NCBI GenBank assembly: GCA_951406725.2
Contig: OX597816.1
Span: 95,232,001-95,296,000 of the forward strand
DNA length: 64,000 nucleotides
DNA from: Octopus vulgaris
Lineage: Eukaryota
Direction: 5' to 3'
Shown piece after piece: positions 37,718 through 50,729 of this stretch. How positions within the stretch are numbered: position 1 is the stretch's first letter; each line of letters begins with the position of its first letter. Under the pieces are notes generated by a model. That model ran no database searches and was not told the DNA's origin. It saw only the letters and a program-made list of their open reading frames with translations. Made by a program: the position numbers and the translations under genes.

Positions 37718-39690
37718 TCTGTCTAGTTTCAGCTCAGAGCTGCGGCCATGCTGATGCACCGCCGTTTTGTTGCACAGTTATTACTAAGAGCCTCCTCTAA
37801 TATGTGGCACTTGGTGAAGAATGGAGTTTGATGTAGCTACCCTCATTTGCATCTCTTGCCGTGAGGTAGGTTCATCTGGGACTCTCGTCAGGAAGCGGTC
37901 CAGCTTTGATTTTAAAAAAACCCTACATCTACTTTGTGCAAGTTCGACAGACTCTTTGGGAGAATATTAAAGAGCTGTGGGCCCCTGAAACCCAGGCTGT
38001 TGCAGTAACTGGTCTTGAGGCATGATGGCTTTGGAACTCTGCAGTGTCGTCCCGTTCTGGCATTGGTGTAGCTTTGAATGCCAAAATTTGGCACAATTCC
38101 TTCCAGTATCTTCCTGATATATATTACTGCATACCTCTTCCATCTTCTCTCCAGGGAGTAGAGTCTTAGCTGTTTCATCCTTTCCCAGTAGCTGAGCTGT
38201 TGCAAAGAGACAATCTTCTTTGTGAATCTTCTGTGGATTGCTTCAAAGTCCGCTGTTAATTTAACACTGGTGGGTGACCATAGCTGTGAGCAGTAATCCA
38301 AGCGGCTGAGGACGAATGTCCGCCAGAGGACCATCATGGTTTCCTTATCGCTGGTTCCGAATGTTCTTAGGATCCATCCAGCCATTCGTCTGCACTTTGT
38401 CGCCATCCTGGTAATGTGCACTTGGAAAGAGGTATCATCACTCATGTCGATACCCAGGTCCCTCACTGGTTTAGACTCTGCGATTGAAATTCCTTGTGGA
38501 CCGGTTTACCCTGTAAGTTTCATATTCAGTTTTGGATGCTGGCAGCTCAGGGCTTGGAATTTTTCAGCATTAAACTGCATATTATTTTCCTCAGCCCATC
38601 TGTAAATTGAGTCCAACTCCTGCTGCAGGTGTGCAACATCACTAGGGTTCTGTATTTTCTGCGAGACTTTCGTATCATCTGCATAGCTTGCAAGGGTGTC
38701 TATCCGGGCATTTGAGGGCATATCTGAGAGGGCCACTTTAAAAAGCAGTGGTCCCAAGAAAGTGCCCTATTTGTGTGTTCATAGAGGTGGATCCCTTAGC
38801 CACTACTGCCTGACTCCTATCTTTCAGAAGGTCATGTAACCACTCTCTAAGTTTTTCAGCTATGCCAAAGTCACGCAGTTTGTGGCATATCATACCATGA
38901 TCCACCTTGTCAAAAGCTTTTGCAAAATCAACATTTGATTAGTTGAGTAACTGCCTCAACACCCAGTCATAATGTTGTAAGAGCTGGGTCAGGCAGCTCC
39001 TACCTGGTCGAAAACCATGCTGAGTATCACTCAGCAAGTTATTTTCTTCAAGGAATGCGATTAATTTCTTTCTGACTATCCGTTCCATGACTTTGCTGAT
39101 GTGTGAAGTCAGAGAGATAGACCTATAGTTTTTGGCATCTGTTCTACTTCCCCCTTTAACTTCCCCCTTCATGTATTGGGCATATTATTCCCTCCTTCAG
39201 CTTGCTTGGCAGTTTGCCATTTGTAAGAAAGCTCTGGAAGAGATTCTGGAGGGGTTTTGCCAGGGAATGCTTACACGATTTGAGGAGGATTGCTGGGAAA
39301 CCATCAGGACCAGCAGTTGAGTTTGTGTCCACTTCATCTATGGCTAGTAGTATATCTTCTTCGCTAATGTCAATGTATTCCATTGTAACTGCCTCGCTGG
39401 TTATAGGTGAGGCGGCAAAGAAGTCTACTGGTTCTTTCACTTGTGTGTTTCAACGGCGTGGTAAAGACACTTTTGAACTGATCATTCAGTATCTCACTGA
39501 TCTTAGTTGGACTGTCTGTGAGGGAGCCATCCTTTTGAAGGAGGTGTCCTATCTTGCAGTGTACTGAGGCTGTTTCTTTCGTGTAATGAAAGAAGGCCTT
39601 TGGGTTTGATTTAATGTTTTTTATAACCCAGGCTTCTTTGTCTGCTTTCTCTCTCAAATAGGATTGTTGCAACCTTGCTTCAGTTTTTGG
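37717..39690 (-). mobile_element. 5'-truncated CR1-group LINE (RT domain and 3'UTR), frameshifted with deletions
   Basis: AGPDG, NYRSISLTSHISKVMERIV, QHGFRPGRSCLTQL, DFAKAFDKVDH, GPLLF, YADDTK, RDLGI, SRLDYCSQLWSP, LYSLERR. 3' end runs into (TA)n. Confidence 0.92.
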
Positions 39691-39885
39691 CTGATTAGGA
39701 CCAGAAGTTCTATGAGCGTGGAATCATGAAGTTGCACAGAAAGATGGCGAAAGGTCATCGAACAAAATGGAAAGATTCTAGTAATCTTGTAGTACTCATA
39801 AAAAAGCTCTTTAAAGCTCTATAAAACATATAGAATATATAGTACACATAAACTTTCTCTCTCTCTCTGTCGTTCTCAGTCACAA

Positions 39886-39917
<32 letters not shown>

Positions 39918-40160
39918 ATACACACACACTTACACATATGCATATAACCAAGTAGCCACTTTATTCGGTTCGCAATCTCGAGGTCTCGGTTCCAATCCTA
40001 CTGCTGAAATTTTTGTCGTGATATCAGAATTTTTTTTATTGTTAAATAAAATTTCATCAAACTATTTCTGTCATTTATGAACTTATATATACGCATATGT
40101 CTCAGTGGAAGTTGATGGAAAACCTTGATAAAATGAAAACGACAGTGAGGAGCCGAAGGC

Positions 40161-40195
<35 letters not shown>

Positions 40196-40200
40196 AAGAA

Positions 40201-40237
<37 letters not shown>

Positions 40238-40696
40238 TCGGAAAGTGAATGTGGGAGAGTGAGGGGGAACGTTACCGCAGGGAGTTGAAGGAAATAAAGA
40301 AATGAAGGAAACTGTCAATATCATCTGAAAGATAAACACACGTATACTCACACATAAACTATCTTTCTCTTATTCTCTTTCTCTCTCTCTCTCTCTCTTT
40401 CTCTCTCTCACACACGCACACACACATGTATATAGGCAAGCGGTGATATTGTTCTTTTCGCGATCTCCAGGTCTTGGTGACGATGCTACTGATGAACATC
40501 TTTGGTATTGTCACGTTCTAAAGCTTTGGGTCAACTCCCAATTTTTGACTGAAACTGTAGATAGCCGGAAACTATATAGAAGCCCATTGGATGGATTATT
40601 CCTGTAATACAAATATACAATCCTGTTAAACACCGTGTAAAGCTAATTCAATGAGCAGAAAATTTAGCTGTTCGAACAACTCAATGCTCGTCAAAG

Positions 40697-40724
40697 ATCT
40701 ATCTATCTATCCATCTATCTATCC

Positions 40725-40792
<68 letters not shown>

Positions 40793-40807
40793 GTCTGTCT
40801 GTCTGTA

Positions 40808-40862
<55 letters not shown>

Positions 40863-40863
40863 A

Positions 40864-40893
<30 letters not shown>
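40697..40893 (+). repeat. (ATCT)n/(GTCT)n microsatellite
   Basis: Directly visible. Confidence 0.95.
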
Positions 40894-40894
<1 letters not shown>

Positions 40895-41767
40895 ACGCAC
40901 ACATACACATTGAAATCTCCCTACAAGGAACTACAACGCGAAGAGAAGGGACAAGGTGTAATCTCTCGTGATTAAACGGAATGCTATAAATTAATCTACG
41001 CATATAGAGTACACACACACTCACATGTATATATATATATATATATATATATAGTCGTTTGTGTGTGTAAATGAACATTTCTATTGAAGCATGAATAAAC
41101 CCTAACATAAGCTACTCTATTTTCCCTCTCAAATATGCAGTTCTGTCGAACATTATACCTCTATTGTATCACATACAATCATCTTTATCTTCTTTAAACC
41201 TTCTAGGAAACAAAATATTTGCACAATCTCCCTTGACAGGAACAGTAGATATTCAATCTACAGCATTCAGTTATTCGTGTGACTTATGTAAAATATTTTC
41301 TCATACATTAAACACTTTTGTAGTGGCTGTGAAGGTAAGTTTATTGTTTTCTATTACGTTTGCTGTAAACATTGCAATCGATACCTCAATGAAACCATTT
41401 TATTTTCCTCGCCTCACTAACGCGTTTGGGGAAGGTGTTAATTTCAAAACAATAACATTTCCCTGCAAATATAAATTCTTACACTTTGAGACAAGTCAAA
41501 CGAAACCAATGTTTTCAACATCATTTTATCTAGTGGAAATAATGTCTGTTTTTTTGGGTGGGGGGTAGTGGTTGTAGATGTTATAAATAAATTTCGTCCA
41601 AAAACTGGTGGCTATTAAAAGAAATTATTTGATATTTTCAATGTTATAAAATACTGTACGTTATTAAAAATATTGGAAATATTAATATCATGATATTTCT
41701 TTTAGTGAGGTTATCGTGTGTAGTTTTCATTTCTGTCTCTGAACAAATCGTATTGTGAGTGAGGGTG

Positions 41768-41988
41768 AAGGCGATCAGCTAGCAGAGTCGTTAGCATGGT
41801 GGACAAAATGATTTGCGGGCGGCATTTCTTGCTGCTTTACCTTCTGAGTTCAAATTCTTCCTGGGTCGACTTTGTCTTTTGAGGTTGATGAGATAAGTAC
41901 CAGTTGAGTACTGAAATCAATGTAATCAACTAGCCCGCACCCACCAACTCCAATAGTCAGGGCTTTAAGCCTATTGCAAAAAGAATTG
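41768..41988 (+). mobile_element. Degenerate SINE family B monomer with tail type 2
   Basis: agctagcagagtcgttagc..ttctgagttcaaatt..gtcgactttg..ataagtaccagtt..taatcaactagccc..gggcttt. Confidence 0.7.
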
Positions 41989-43506
41989 TTAATGAAGATC
42001 ATCCGGACAATGTGTAACGGTAAATTTTAAATATGGGGAGGTCATTGACAAAAATTGGAAATTTGTTAAGAGCACGATCAACACCTACACATTTGCACTT
42101 AAACCGATACTCACACATACAGACACACATACAGACATACATGAACAGAGACTGTATTGATTTTTTTGTCGTAAAGACCGTAGATCAAGTGGTGTCAGAC
42201 AAAGTGAGACCTCAATCTCTCTTTCATTGCCGTTGGTATTTTACTAACACTGCTAACGTAATCGGGAAATGATTGGGTGTTGAACATTTCTGTTCTTTCC
42301 TTCTCTTAACTTATAGATCTTTTGTGTTTAGTCATAAACAAAGTGATATGATTGATGATGATTTATTATTGATCTTTGATAAGGGTTACGTAATTGTAGT
42401 AGGGAGAGAAGAATGATCGATTCTGTAGAAACCCAGTACTTCAATGGTGCTACTATTTATCTTATCATCTAATTTATTACGAAAACCAGTTGTGAAAGGA
42501 AAACTATGCTTAACTGAAACACCTTCAGGGTATCATTAACATTTGTTTTTTATCGATCCCTTGACGATTAAAGAGCAAAATCAATATCAATGAGATTTGA
42601 ACTTAGAATGTACAAGAAAGATTTTACCATACTGCATTGATTGAGCAAGTGCAAAGCTACCTTCTGCTGTTACTCTTTAAATTGAATTCCGTATATTACT
42701 AGTACTTTTGTGATTGACTCTGAGGAAATAAACATAAATGTCGCCTTTGTTGGGGTTGGAACTCAAAACGTAATAAGAAGAGTTACTATTTCTCAAAATA
42801 CGTGTACCATTGTGAACTTCATAGAATTAGTAGCCAAATATCCATGAAATTACATCCTAAATTCGTAAAAAATGGATGCGCTCATAGATAATAAATTCCT
42901 TTAAAATAAGATGAGATGGGCGCAATGGAATGCTTTCGATTATAAGTTCACTCGATCAAGTTTGACCTGGGACTAAGCAAAAGCAAAAATTTCGTGATGA
43001 AAGTAATGATAAATAAAAAGTCGAGCAAATGATTTTAGCTAAATAGCGGCCATCGATTGGTTAAAATTCGAAAAATTAGACTACGTTAAACTTACAAATT
43101 ACAATTTTCTCAAGAAAGCCAAGAGAAAAAAATGCTTTATTTTGACACATTCTACCAGTATACGAAGTTTAAAAGTGTTTAGTTAACTAGAAATTGTGTT
43201 GAAAACTGCCGGTCAAAAGGAAAAGATCCTTATTATTATTATTCAAGGCAACGAGCTGGAATAATCGTTAGCATTTTATGAATATTTGTTTTCATAGTGA
43301 CGGTACAGAGAAGCTGTGAGAAATTCGCTGTTTCCTTTTCTCCTAAGAACGCCGTCTTTTTATAACATATATGTATTCTAAGAGTCACATAGATTTAGTT
43401 AGTCCTCTGCAGTCTTCACAACAGACATATTAGACACAGGTGAAATAAAAGGTAGAAAATAATGTCGGGGCGTAGACATTACAGCAATGCATAATTACAA
43501 TAATGC

Positions 43507-43605
<99 letters not shown>

Positions 43606-43615
43606 CATCTATCTC
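43507..43615 (+). repeat. (ATCT)n microsatellite
   Basis: Directly visible. Confidence 0.97.
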
Positions 43616-45429
43616 CATCTCCCCCTCTCTCTTTCATTGTCACATTCCACAGCATAGGTGATGTTCGATCTAGATTACAAAAAGAAAATCAAAGTAGTAA
43701 TAAAATGGCAATAATTTTGCACCTGTTTTTACAAAGGTTGTGCAGATTCAAATGAAAAATTACAGCTTTCATAAGAGCAAAGTGTAGATAATTATGTCTG
43801 TAAAGTCAGTTAAACAATTTTTGTATCGTAGAAAATGTATTATACCGAGAAAGTAATTAGTGTTAGACTTAATCTTTGGATGACACACTGCTTACAATAG
43901 TTTATGTATTTAAGGTCAAAAATGAAAAATGGAAATAAGCATACTTTTACTAGAAACTGTAAAACATGAAGTGCCACTAATTGTTACTCTTTCAGCTTAA
44001 AAAGTGTCTAATATTTTGAACTAACAAATATGTGTCTATCCTATTCGTTGAGTGTCACTGTCGAAGAAACTGTAGTATCTGATGTCTGCTGAAATTGCAT
44101 ATCGCGTGTGCTGTCAAGTCATTACATGAAATAAAATGTGGGTGTTTTGCTCCTGTTTGGTTAAATCTACAATGACACGATCGGTTGAAGAAGTTACACT
44201 ACGTAGTAGCATTGCATGCATAATAATCTATTGAAATGATGTGTGATGGCTGTGGAAGATGTTAATAGCATTTAGCTGAAAAATGTTAATATCAGTCAAA
44301 AATGGTTTGGTATTGATTTATTTCATTAAATTCTGCTTGTAAAAGTGAGAAGCCGAGGCAGCCAGTTCAGTCGTAGAGTTGAGGTGAGGGTTCTGCAAGG
44401 CAAAAGCAATCTGTAAATTATATCGACATGAAAACTGTCTGTGAAAGCTTCGGAAGAGGAACTCTGTGAGACGAGAGCCTTCTGTTTTTTTTTTGTTGTG
44501 ATGAAAGCTGCCGGCGAAAGTTGGTCAAGTGAGTGTCATCGAGTCGGGGTTCTGAAAAGTGAGAGGAACTAATGTTCTCTTAAAATGAGAGCCTTCGGTA
44601 AAAGTCACTGATGGAAAGTTTCTATGAGCTGAGAGAATTCTGTTCTTCTCGTTGAGTTGAGATCAGCTGAGTACAAGCTACTAGGAGACCTTACTGATTT
44701 GTCGGAACTAGGATCACTGAAAAGTGAAGTCTGCTTCACGAATTTTGTTGGGCTGGTAATTAATTCTTCGCCAGTTCAGTCTGAATCAAGGCAGTTTAGA
44801 GGCAATATTTGGTAAAAAGGATGTCGAAAACCTTTTTCAAAGGAATGCTGTCATTAGCGTTAGAAGTCTGGTGTGAGATATTTCCAAAAAGAATGATGTC
44901 ACTACAATATACCCAGCATCTCATGAAGAACTAAAACATTAGCTACAAATTTATTTTTCAGGTTGCCAAGTTCAGGCAAATCATTTCCAGAAATTACAAC
45001 TTCCCAAACGAACTATCAACAGGATATTTCTTTTCAAACAGTCTTTCAAAATTATACGTTCAAAACCTTCCTATATTTTCTCAAATATACACACAACTGC
45101 ATATGCTAATTTCATATCTTATTTTGCATCTGTTCTCCAAGTATAACTTTACAAATATTTCAAGCCTACATCAACCACATGGAAGCACAGCACCAAACAT
45201 GTAAGCATTTGATGAATACATTAACTCTCTTCTTGATAACAGTACTGGAAAAAATACAACTATAACCGTAACACCACTAAAGCATAAACATGCGACACAT
45301 ATACTCACGGCACACATCTACGCGGAGTTTATTGATGAACATTCAAACTTAGAAGACAAAAAAGCAAAATGACAAACACCTTAATCGATCTCAAATACCA
45401 TTTATGGTCGACAGAAACAAACGGCCAAA

Positions 45430-45655
45430 GGCGGAAGAAACGTTAGCACGCCGGGTGAAATGCTTAGCAGTATTTTGTCTGCCATTACGTTCTGAGTTCA
45501 AATTCCGCCGAGGTCGACTTTGCCTTTCCTCCTTTCGGGGTCAATTAAATAAATACCAGTTACGCACTGGGGTCGATGTAATCGACTTAATCCGTTTGTC
45601 TGTCCTTGTTTGTCCCCTCTGTATGTAGCCTCTTGTGGGCAGTAAAGAAATAAGG
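45430..45655 (+). mobile_element. SINE family B monomer with Tx1-like tail and a 14-bp TSD
   Basis: TSD aacaaacg(g/a)ccaaa at 45416-45429 and 45656-45669. Confidence 0.9.
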
Positions 45656-46061
45656 AACAAACGACCAAAATGGTCTACAAAAAATATATATTATGTCAGC
45701 TGAAGCAGGATATAACTAAGAAAAATGATATGTGATTCAGGCAACTTTGATCAGAAGACTTCGAGTGTACTATAAATGTACTTGATTAGAGACACTGAAT
45801 CTCAGTTTACGCCTGCTGCATGACTGCAGTTCCAAAAAAGTATGTGGTTAAGAACGGTCACACTACTCTCCCTACTTCAGTAACAAAACACACGAGTAGC
45901 TTAAATGTTTCCTTTTAACGATTCTCGTACGAGATTTATATACCCATTTAAGTGTTCTCTGATGGATACTTAGCTAAATATAAACCTCCACAGGCAATTT
46001 TTTTTTTACCAAACATATCTACATATCAGAGGATCTTATATGATGAAGGCTTTAGTTTATA

Positions 46062-46510
46062 TCTTGTATCTTTTACTTGTTTCAGTCATTAGACAGCGGA
46101 CATGTTGGAGCACCGCTTTGAAGAACTTTTAGTCGAATGAAGGGACTCTAGTATTTATTGTATCGGTTTCTTTTGATGAACCGCTGTGTTACGGGGGCGT
46201 AAACGCACCATCAACAGTGGTAGGGGACAGACATAGACACATACACACACGCACACACACACACATACTCACGCACACACACACTCACGCGCACACACGT
46301 ACACACACATGCACAAGCACACACACATACACACACAAATACACATATACAACGGGTCTCTTTAAGTTTCCGTCTACTAAATACACTTACAAAGGTTTGG
46401 TCGGCCCGAGGTAATCGTAGAAGACACTTGCCCTGCGTGCCACGCAGTGGGACTGAATCCGGGACCATGTGACTGAAAGGCAAGCTTCTTACTACATAAT
46501 CATGTCTGCA
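46062..46510 (-). mobile_element. SINE family A, full length
   Basis: Aligns to the other family A copies, with central (TG)n. Confidence 0.88.
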
Positions 46511-47319
46511 ATATTTTTATTTAAAAATAAAAAGATATAGCAGAACAACCTTGATGCTATTGAAAATCTAGATGACTACATTTTTATCAAATGAAGAAAG
46601 AATACGATCAAGATTAGTTAAATGCAAATGTTTGGAATAATGATCTCAAATCAATGTGTGGTATGAGGTTTTCTAAAGAGAGTTGCAATGAAAACGGAAA
46701 TAGCATGAAATAGGGTTGATTTGGAAAATAAAACCTTGCCATAGAATATGTCATGCTAATTAAATGCAGATGTTATTCCTAAACTGCATTGCCTTAGAAT
46801 AATACAGATTAATTGAAAAATACCAGCCTTCAATAAAAGATTGCAGTCTTCAGTGAAAGAATACAAAGAATAAAAAAATAAAAAAATAAAAAGTAATATA
46901 ATCTCTGAATATTTTTCTTCTTTGCTACCTAAATTGAAATTTTTCTTCATATTTCTATCGGGAAAGAATATGGCCAAATACGGATATTCAGAATTTCTAA
47001 AGTAATAATATAGCAGCAATGTGAATGTTATAAGATTTCTCACATCAAATATGCATAAGAAAGAGTTGATAGTCCGCTGTTTAGACTATGGGCGAGTAAA
47101 TAAGTTGCCCGGAGACAGCGTAGATATATGGTCAAGAAATTTGATGCCGTTACGACCGTGTTGGTGAGATGTTCGTTTTACACCTACCTGATGCTGGGTT
47201 CGGCATATAGTAAGAAACTGTGTGCAAGTCTCTAACATAATTTCTAGTTGATGAATGTCTTGGGATTTGAACAGTGAAATTCGGTAGAAAGAAACTGAGC
47301 AGATGCTCGTCGTGTACTC

Positions 47320-47600
47320 TTCTGTCGTAGACGACCGATGGAAGTTTTGCAATTACCTGCTGAACAACTTGCACAGATGACTTGTTCACAGTGACCAAAT
47401 CGGTATGCTGTACATAGGCTCACTCTTTTCATGAAATCGACATTGCCTGTGCAGATGTACGTTGTTTCACACATAAAGTGGTGATCGCGGAACAACGTGA
47501 GATAAAGCGTTTTACTCAAGAAGACGACTCATAACCTGATCCGGATTCAAAACCACGATATATGCAATCATGAGTGTAGCAACCCCTTAGCCACGCTCCC
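47320..47600 (-). mobile_element. Degenerate tRNA-derived SINE (head related to family C)
   Basis: gcgtggctaagggg..catgattg..ggttttgaatcc..cttgagtaaaacgcttta resembles the head at 59200-59318. Confidence 0.55.
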
Positions 47601-47700
47601 CCACTGTTAGTACATATACATATATACGTACATACATACGTATACATATACGAACAAACGTACATTCATATATGTAAGTACGTACAGTTTTTCTCTCTCT

Positions 47701-47778
47701 ATGTATGTATGTATGTATGTATGTATGTATGTATGTATGTATGTATGTATGTATGTATGCATGCATGCATGTATCTAT

Positions 47779-47871
<93 letters not shown>
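47701..47871 (+). repeat. (ATGT)n-(ATCT)n microsatellite
   Basis: Directly visible. Confidence 0.97.
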
Positions 47872-48043
47872 AATGTATGTGTGTGTATAGATACATACAT
47901 AGAGAAATAATGAATCAGAAGTCATGCAACCGTCCAAGGGATAAATGTATCCGTAGGCACTACTGGTGTATTACCTAACTATGTATAGGCCTTGCTATAA
48001 GGTTAATAGCAGTTGGTAATTTAAATGGTAAACCGTGATTTAG

Positions 48044-48180
48044 TATATTGCGATAAGAAAAGAAATGGAGCAACAATTAACAATTAGAAGTTGATCATTG
48101 GTATTAAATGATCATAGTTTAATACCAATGATCAACTTTTAATTAATTGTTGGTCCATTTTTTTTCTTATCTGAATATAT
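48044..48180. repeat. Imperfect fold-back palindrome next to a microsatellite
   Basis: gataagaaaa..aagttgatcattggtattaaa / tttaataccaatgatcaactt..ttttcttatc. Confidence 0.85.
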
Positions 48181-48341
48181 ACATACATACACAAAGGAAG
48201 GTGTATCTCTTAAGTATGTTGCCTTATAGTGATTTAGAATTTTGTCAGTCATTAAGTATAGTGCTTTAGTAGCTTTAGAGTTATTTTAACTCTTTTTATA
48301 GCATAAGCGGTGTTAGTCAGCACCCTCTGTCACATTTGTGG

Positions 48342-48380
<39 letters not shown>

Positions 48381-48383
48381 ATA

Positions 48384-48434
<51 letters not shown>

Positions 48435-48576
48435 ACACCGAGAATGTCTGTTAAATTTCCATGTGTTTATATTCAGTCATTAGATACTTTCATATTGACC
48501 AAAGAAGCCTACATGATTCAGTTGATAAAAATCAATAAAATTTAACCAATAAGAGAATATTAAGAGAATAGTAAAT

Positions 48577-49062
48577 AGTAGCAGCAGTACCCGGTGTTAC
48601 TCGGATTTGTTCATATTCGATATAAACATAACCACTGCTTTAAAATGATGCTAACAATTTACTGAGACTTGTATTTTAGCAATTCAGAATATAATTTATT
48701 TTGAAAAGCAATTCAGACGTTTGAAAATGCAATAAATATTAACTAATAAATATATAAAACTGTAGAACTAAAAGATACAAATTTAGTCTTTTTTTGTTTT
48801 TGGAAAAAAACATGTTTTTTTTTATTTATTGTAGTAATTTATATAATTACTTTAAATGTATTATATGTTTCTCAGTAACTCCACCCACTACCTATTGATG
48901 AGTTTAAATGCATCTTATTTCTAAATTTCCTTTATTTAGAAAATGTCAGAAAAATTTACATAGCTCCTGACCTTCCCCTTGGAAAATATTTCTTTATGCA
49001 AAATGTCAGCTAATAGTGTACTTTAAAAATTGCAAGATACGTTCACTGTTATATATTACGAT
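48577..49062 (+). mobile_element. Possible non-autonomous Helitron/Helentron-type (HINE-like) element
   Basis: Starts tagcagcagtacccggtgttactcgg (short hairpin near the 5' end) and ends ttatatattacgat. Pattern recognition only. Confidence 0.3.
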
Positions 49063-49879
49063 TAAATGTAAACGATTATAAGTTAACAATACAATACTGT
49101 ATTGACTACTTTCCTATTACACATTACAATTATAATTGTATACATTCTTGTTTTCGTTTGAAGTAATTTCTTCGTTTGGATCGAAATACACGCTTTCGTA
49201 GAATTATATTTATCTCTTTAGTTTTCACATTTTTCTGTCAAAATTAATGTTTATTTCTTCAAATATCTTAAATTAATCATGCATTATCATGTAGCTTTCA
49301 GGTCTTAATGAGATAACTGCTAAATTTTAGAATGATATTGTAGGGTAGGTGTGAGAGGCCACATCTGGCCAGATTAAATATGAAACAGGGAGAATATTTG
49401 GGCCGGATATTGCTGGTTGAAATACTAAAGGGTTATAAAAACGATTTGAGTTCAGCACTATAACGTAACGAAACTCAAATCGGATAGATAGTGTCTCTTG
49501 CAAATTCATTTTCTTTTTGTACGTAATCGCAGTTAGCTATACCGCAATAAATAACTACATTAAAGTTGTAGTGCATCACCTGAGAAAGGATACAAACTGT
49601 GGTTACTGGAAATAGGCCGATATTTTATTTACTCGGCCCAATATGGTTCTATTCGTGTAACAAGAAACTTGATTAAGATATATCAAAGTATCTATACTAT
49701 ATTGTCAGTGTCTGTAACATGATATAAGAGTGTGTAGTATATTTTGTTGCGCAACTACATGTGGTTCTTCATCGAGAAAATTTACGTAGTTATCTTAGTA
49801 TACTGCTATATTTTGTCATATTTTAGTGCATTTAAGCTTTAGAAAGACAATTACTGTTAAAAATGAAATCGTTCAGAGC

Positions 49880-50657
49880 CATGCAATTACAGGTCGTGGG
49901 AGAGGCAACAATATTGTTGCTAGAAAGGCTTCTAGAAATTAATGATTAAATGAACTTCCAATAGCATGTGTAGAAGCAGGTCAAATTTGTGAGAGAGTTC
50001 TCTAGACAGTTACCAACAGCAATGCAGACTTGGACATGATACAAAAAATTCAAAGAGCAAGGCTGTCTTTGCACGGCAAAAGGATCTGGACGACCACTAA
50101 CAGACGGCCGAGCGGGTTCGCCAAAAGCTCTTGCGAAGCCCCAGAAGTCCATAAGAAGAACAAGTCAAGAAACCTAGATTCCTCCAACGACAGTTTGGTG
50201 CGTCATGAGGAAACGCTTGCTAATGAAACCCTACAAGCTGCAGCTCGTTCAGGCTATAACGGCAGATGGCAAGCGAAAGCGCAAACAATTCTATGTTGAT
50301 ATGCAAGAGAAACTTGAAGAAGCTGAGCTCATGTAACGTCTTGTTTTCAGTGATGAGGCCACTTCTCATACGAATGGAAAAGTCAATAAGCATAATGTTC
50401 GCATTTGGGGCGAAGAAAATCCCCTATACCACAACTGAGCATGGAAGTGGCTCAACAAAAGTGAATGTGTTCAGCACCATCTCCAAGAAGCATTTTTATG
50501 GCCCGTTTTTGTGAAATCGTTCATGGAATCCACATACCTTTGGAAGAATATATTTTAGGTTGCTCAATATTAAGCCTATTTAGTTTAATTTGCTTTGACT
50601 ATGTAGTTTCTGTGATATTTACATCTCAAATGATATCAAATTTTTTGAAACATCCTG
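49880..50657 (+). mobile_element. Internally deleted Tc1/mariner-superfamily transposon
   Basis: Broken translation RSPQKSIRRTS..MKPYKLQLVQ..LVFSDEATSHTNGKVNKHNVRIWGEENP..KVNVF..YGPF. Right TIR-like ttttgaaacatcctg. Confidence 0.8.
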
Positions 50658-50729
50658 TGTATGTGTATGTGTGTGTGTGACTTCTAATCTTGTTTTATTT
50701 GCATCACTATCTGCATATCAGCTCAAATG

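Noticed and set aside
40488-40520. CTGATGA as a hammerhead core (also at ~19036)
   Set aside because: No stem II, GAAA or closing stem I downstream
41164-41568. 134-aa ORF
   Set aside because: Non-ATG start, AT-rich background composition and no recognisable motif
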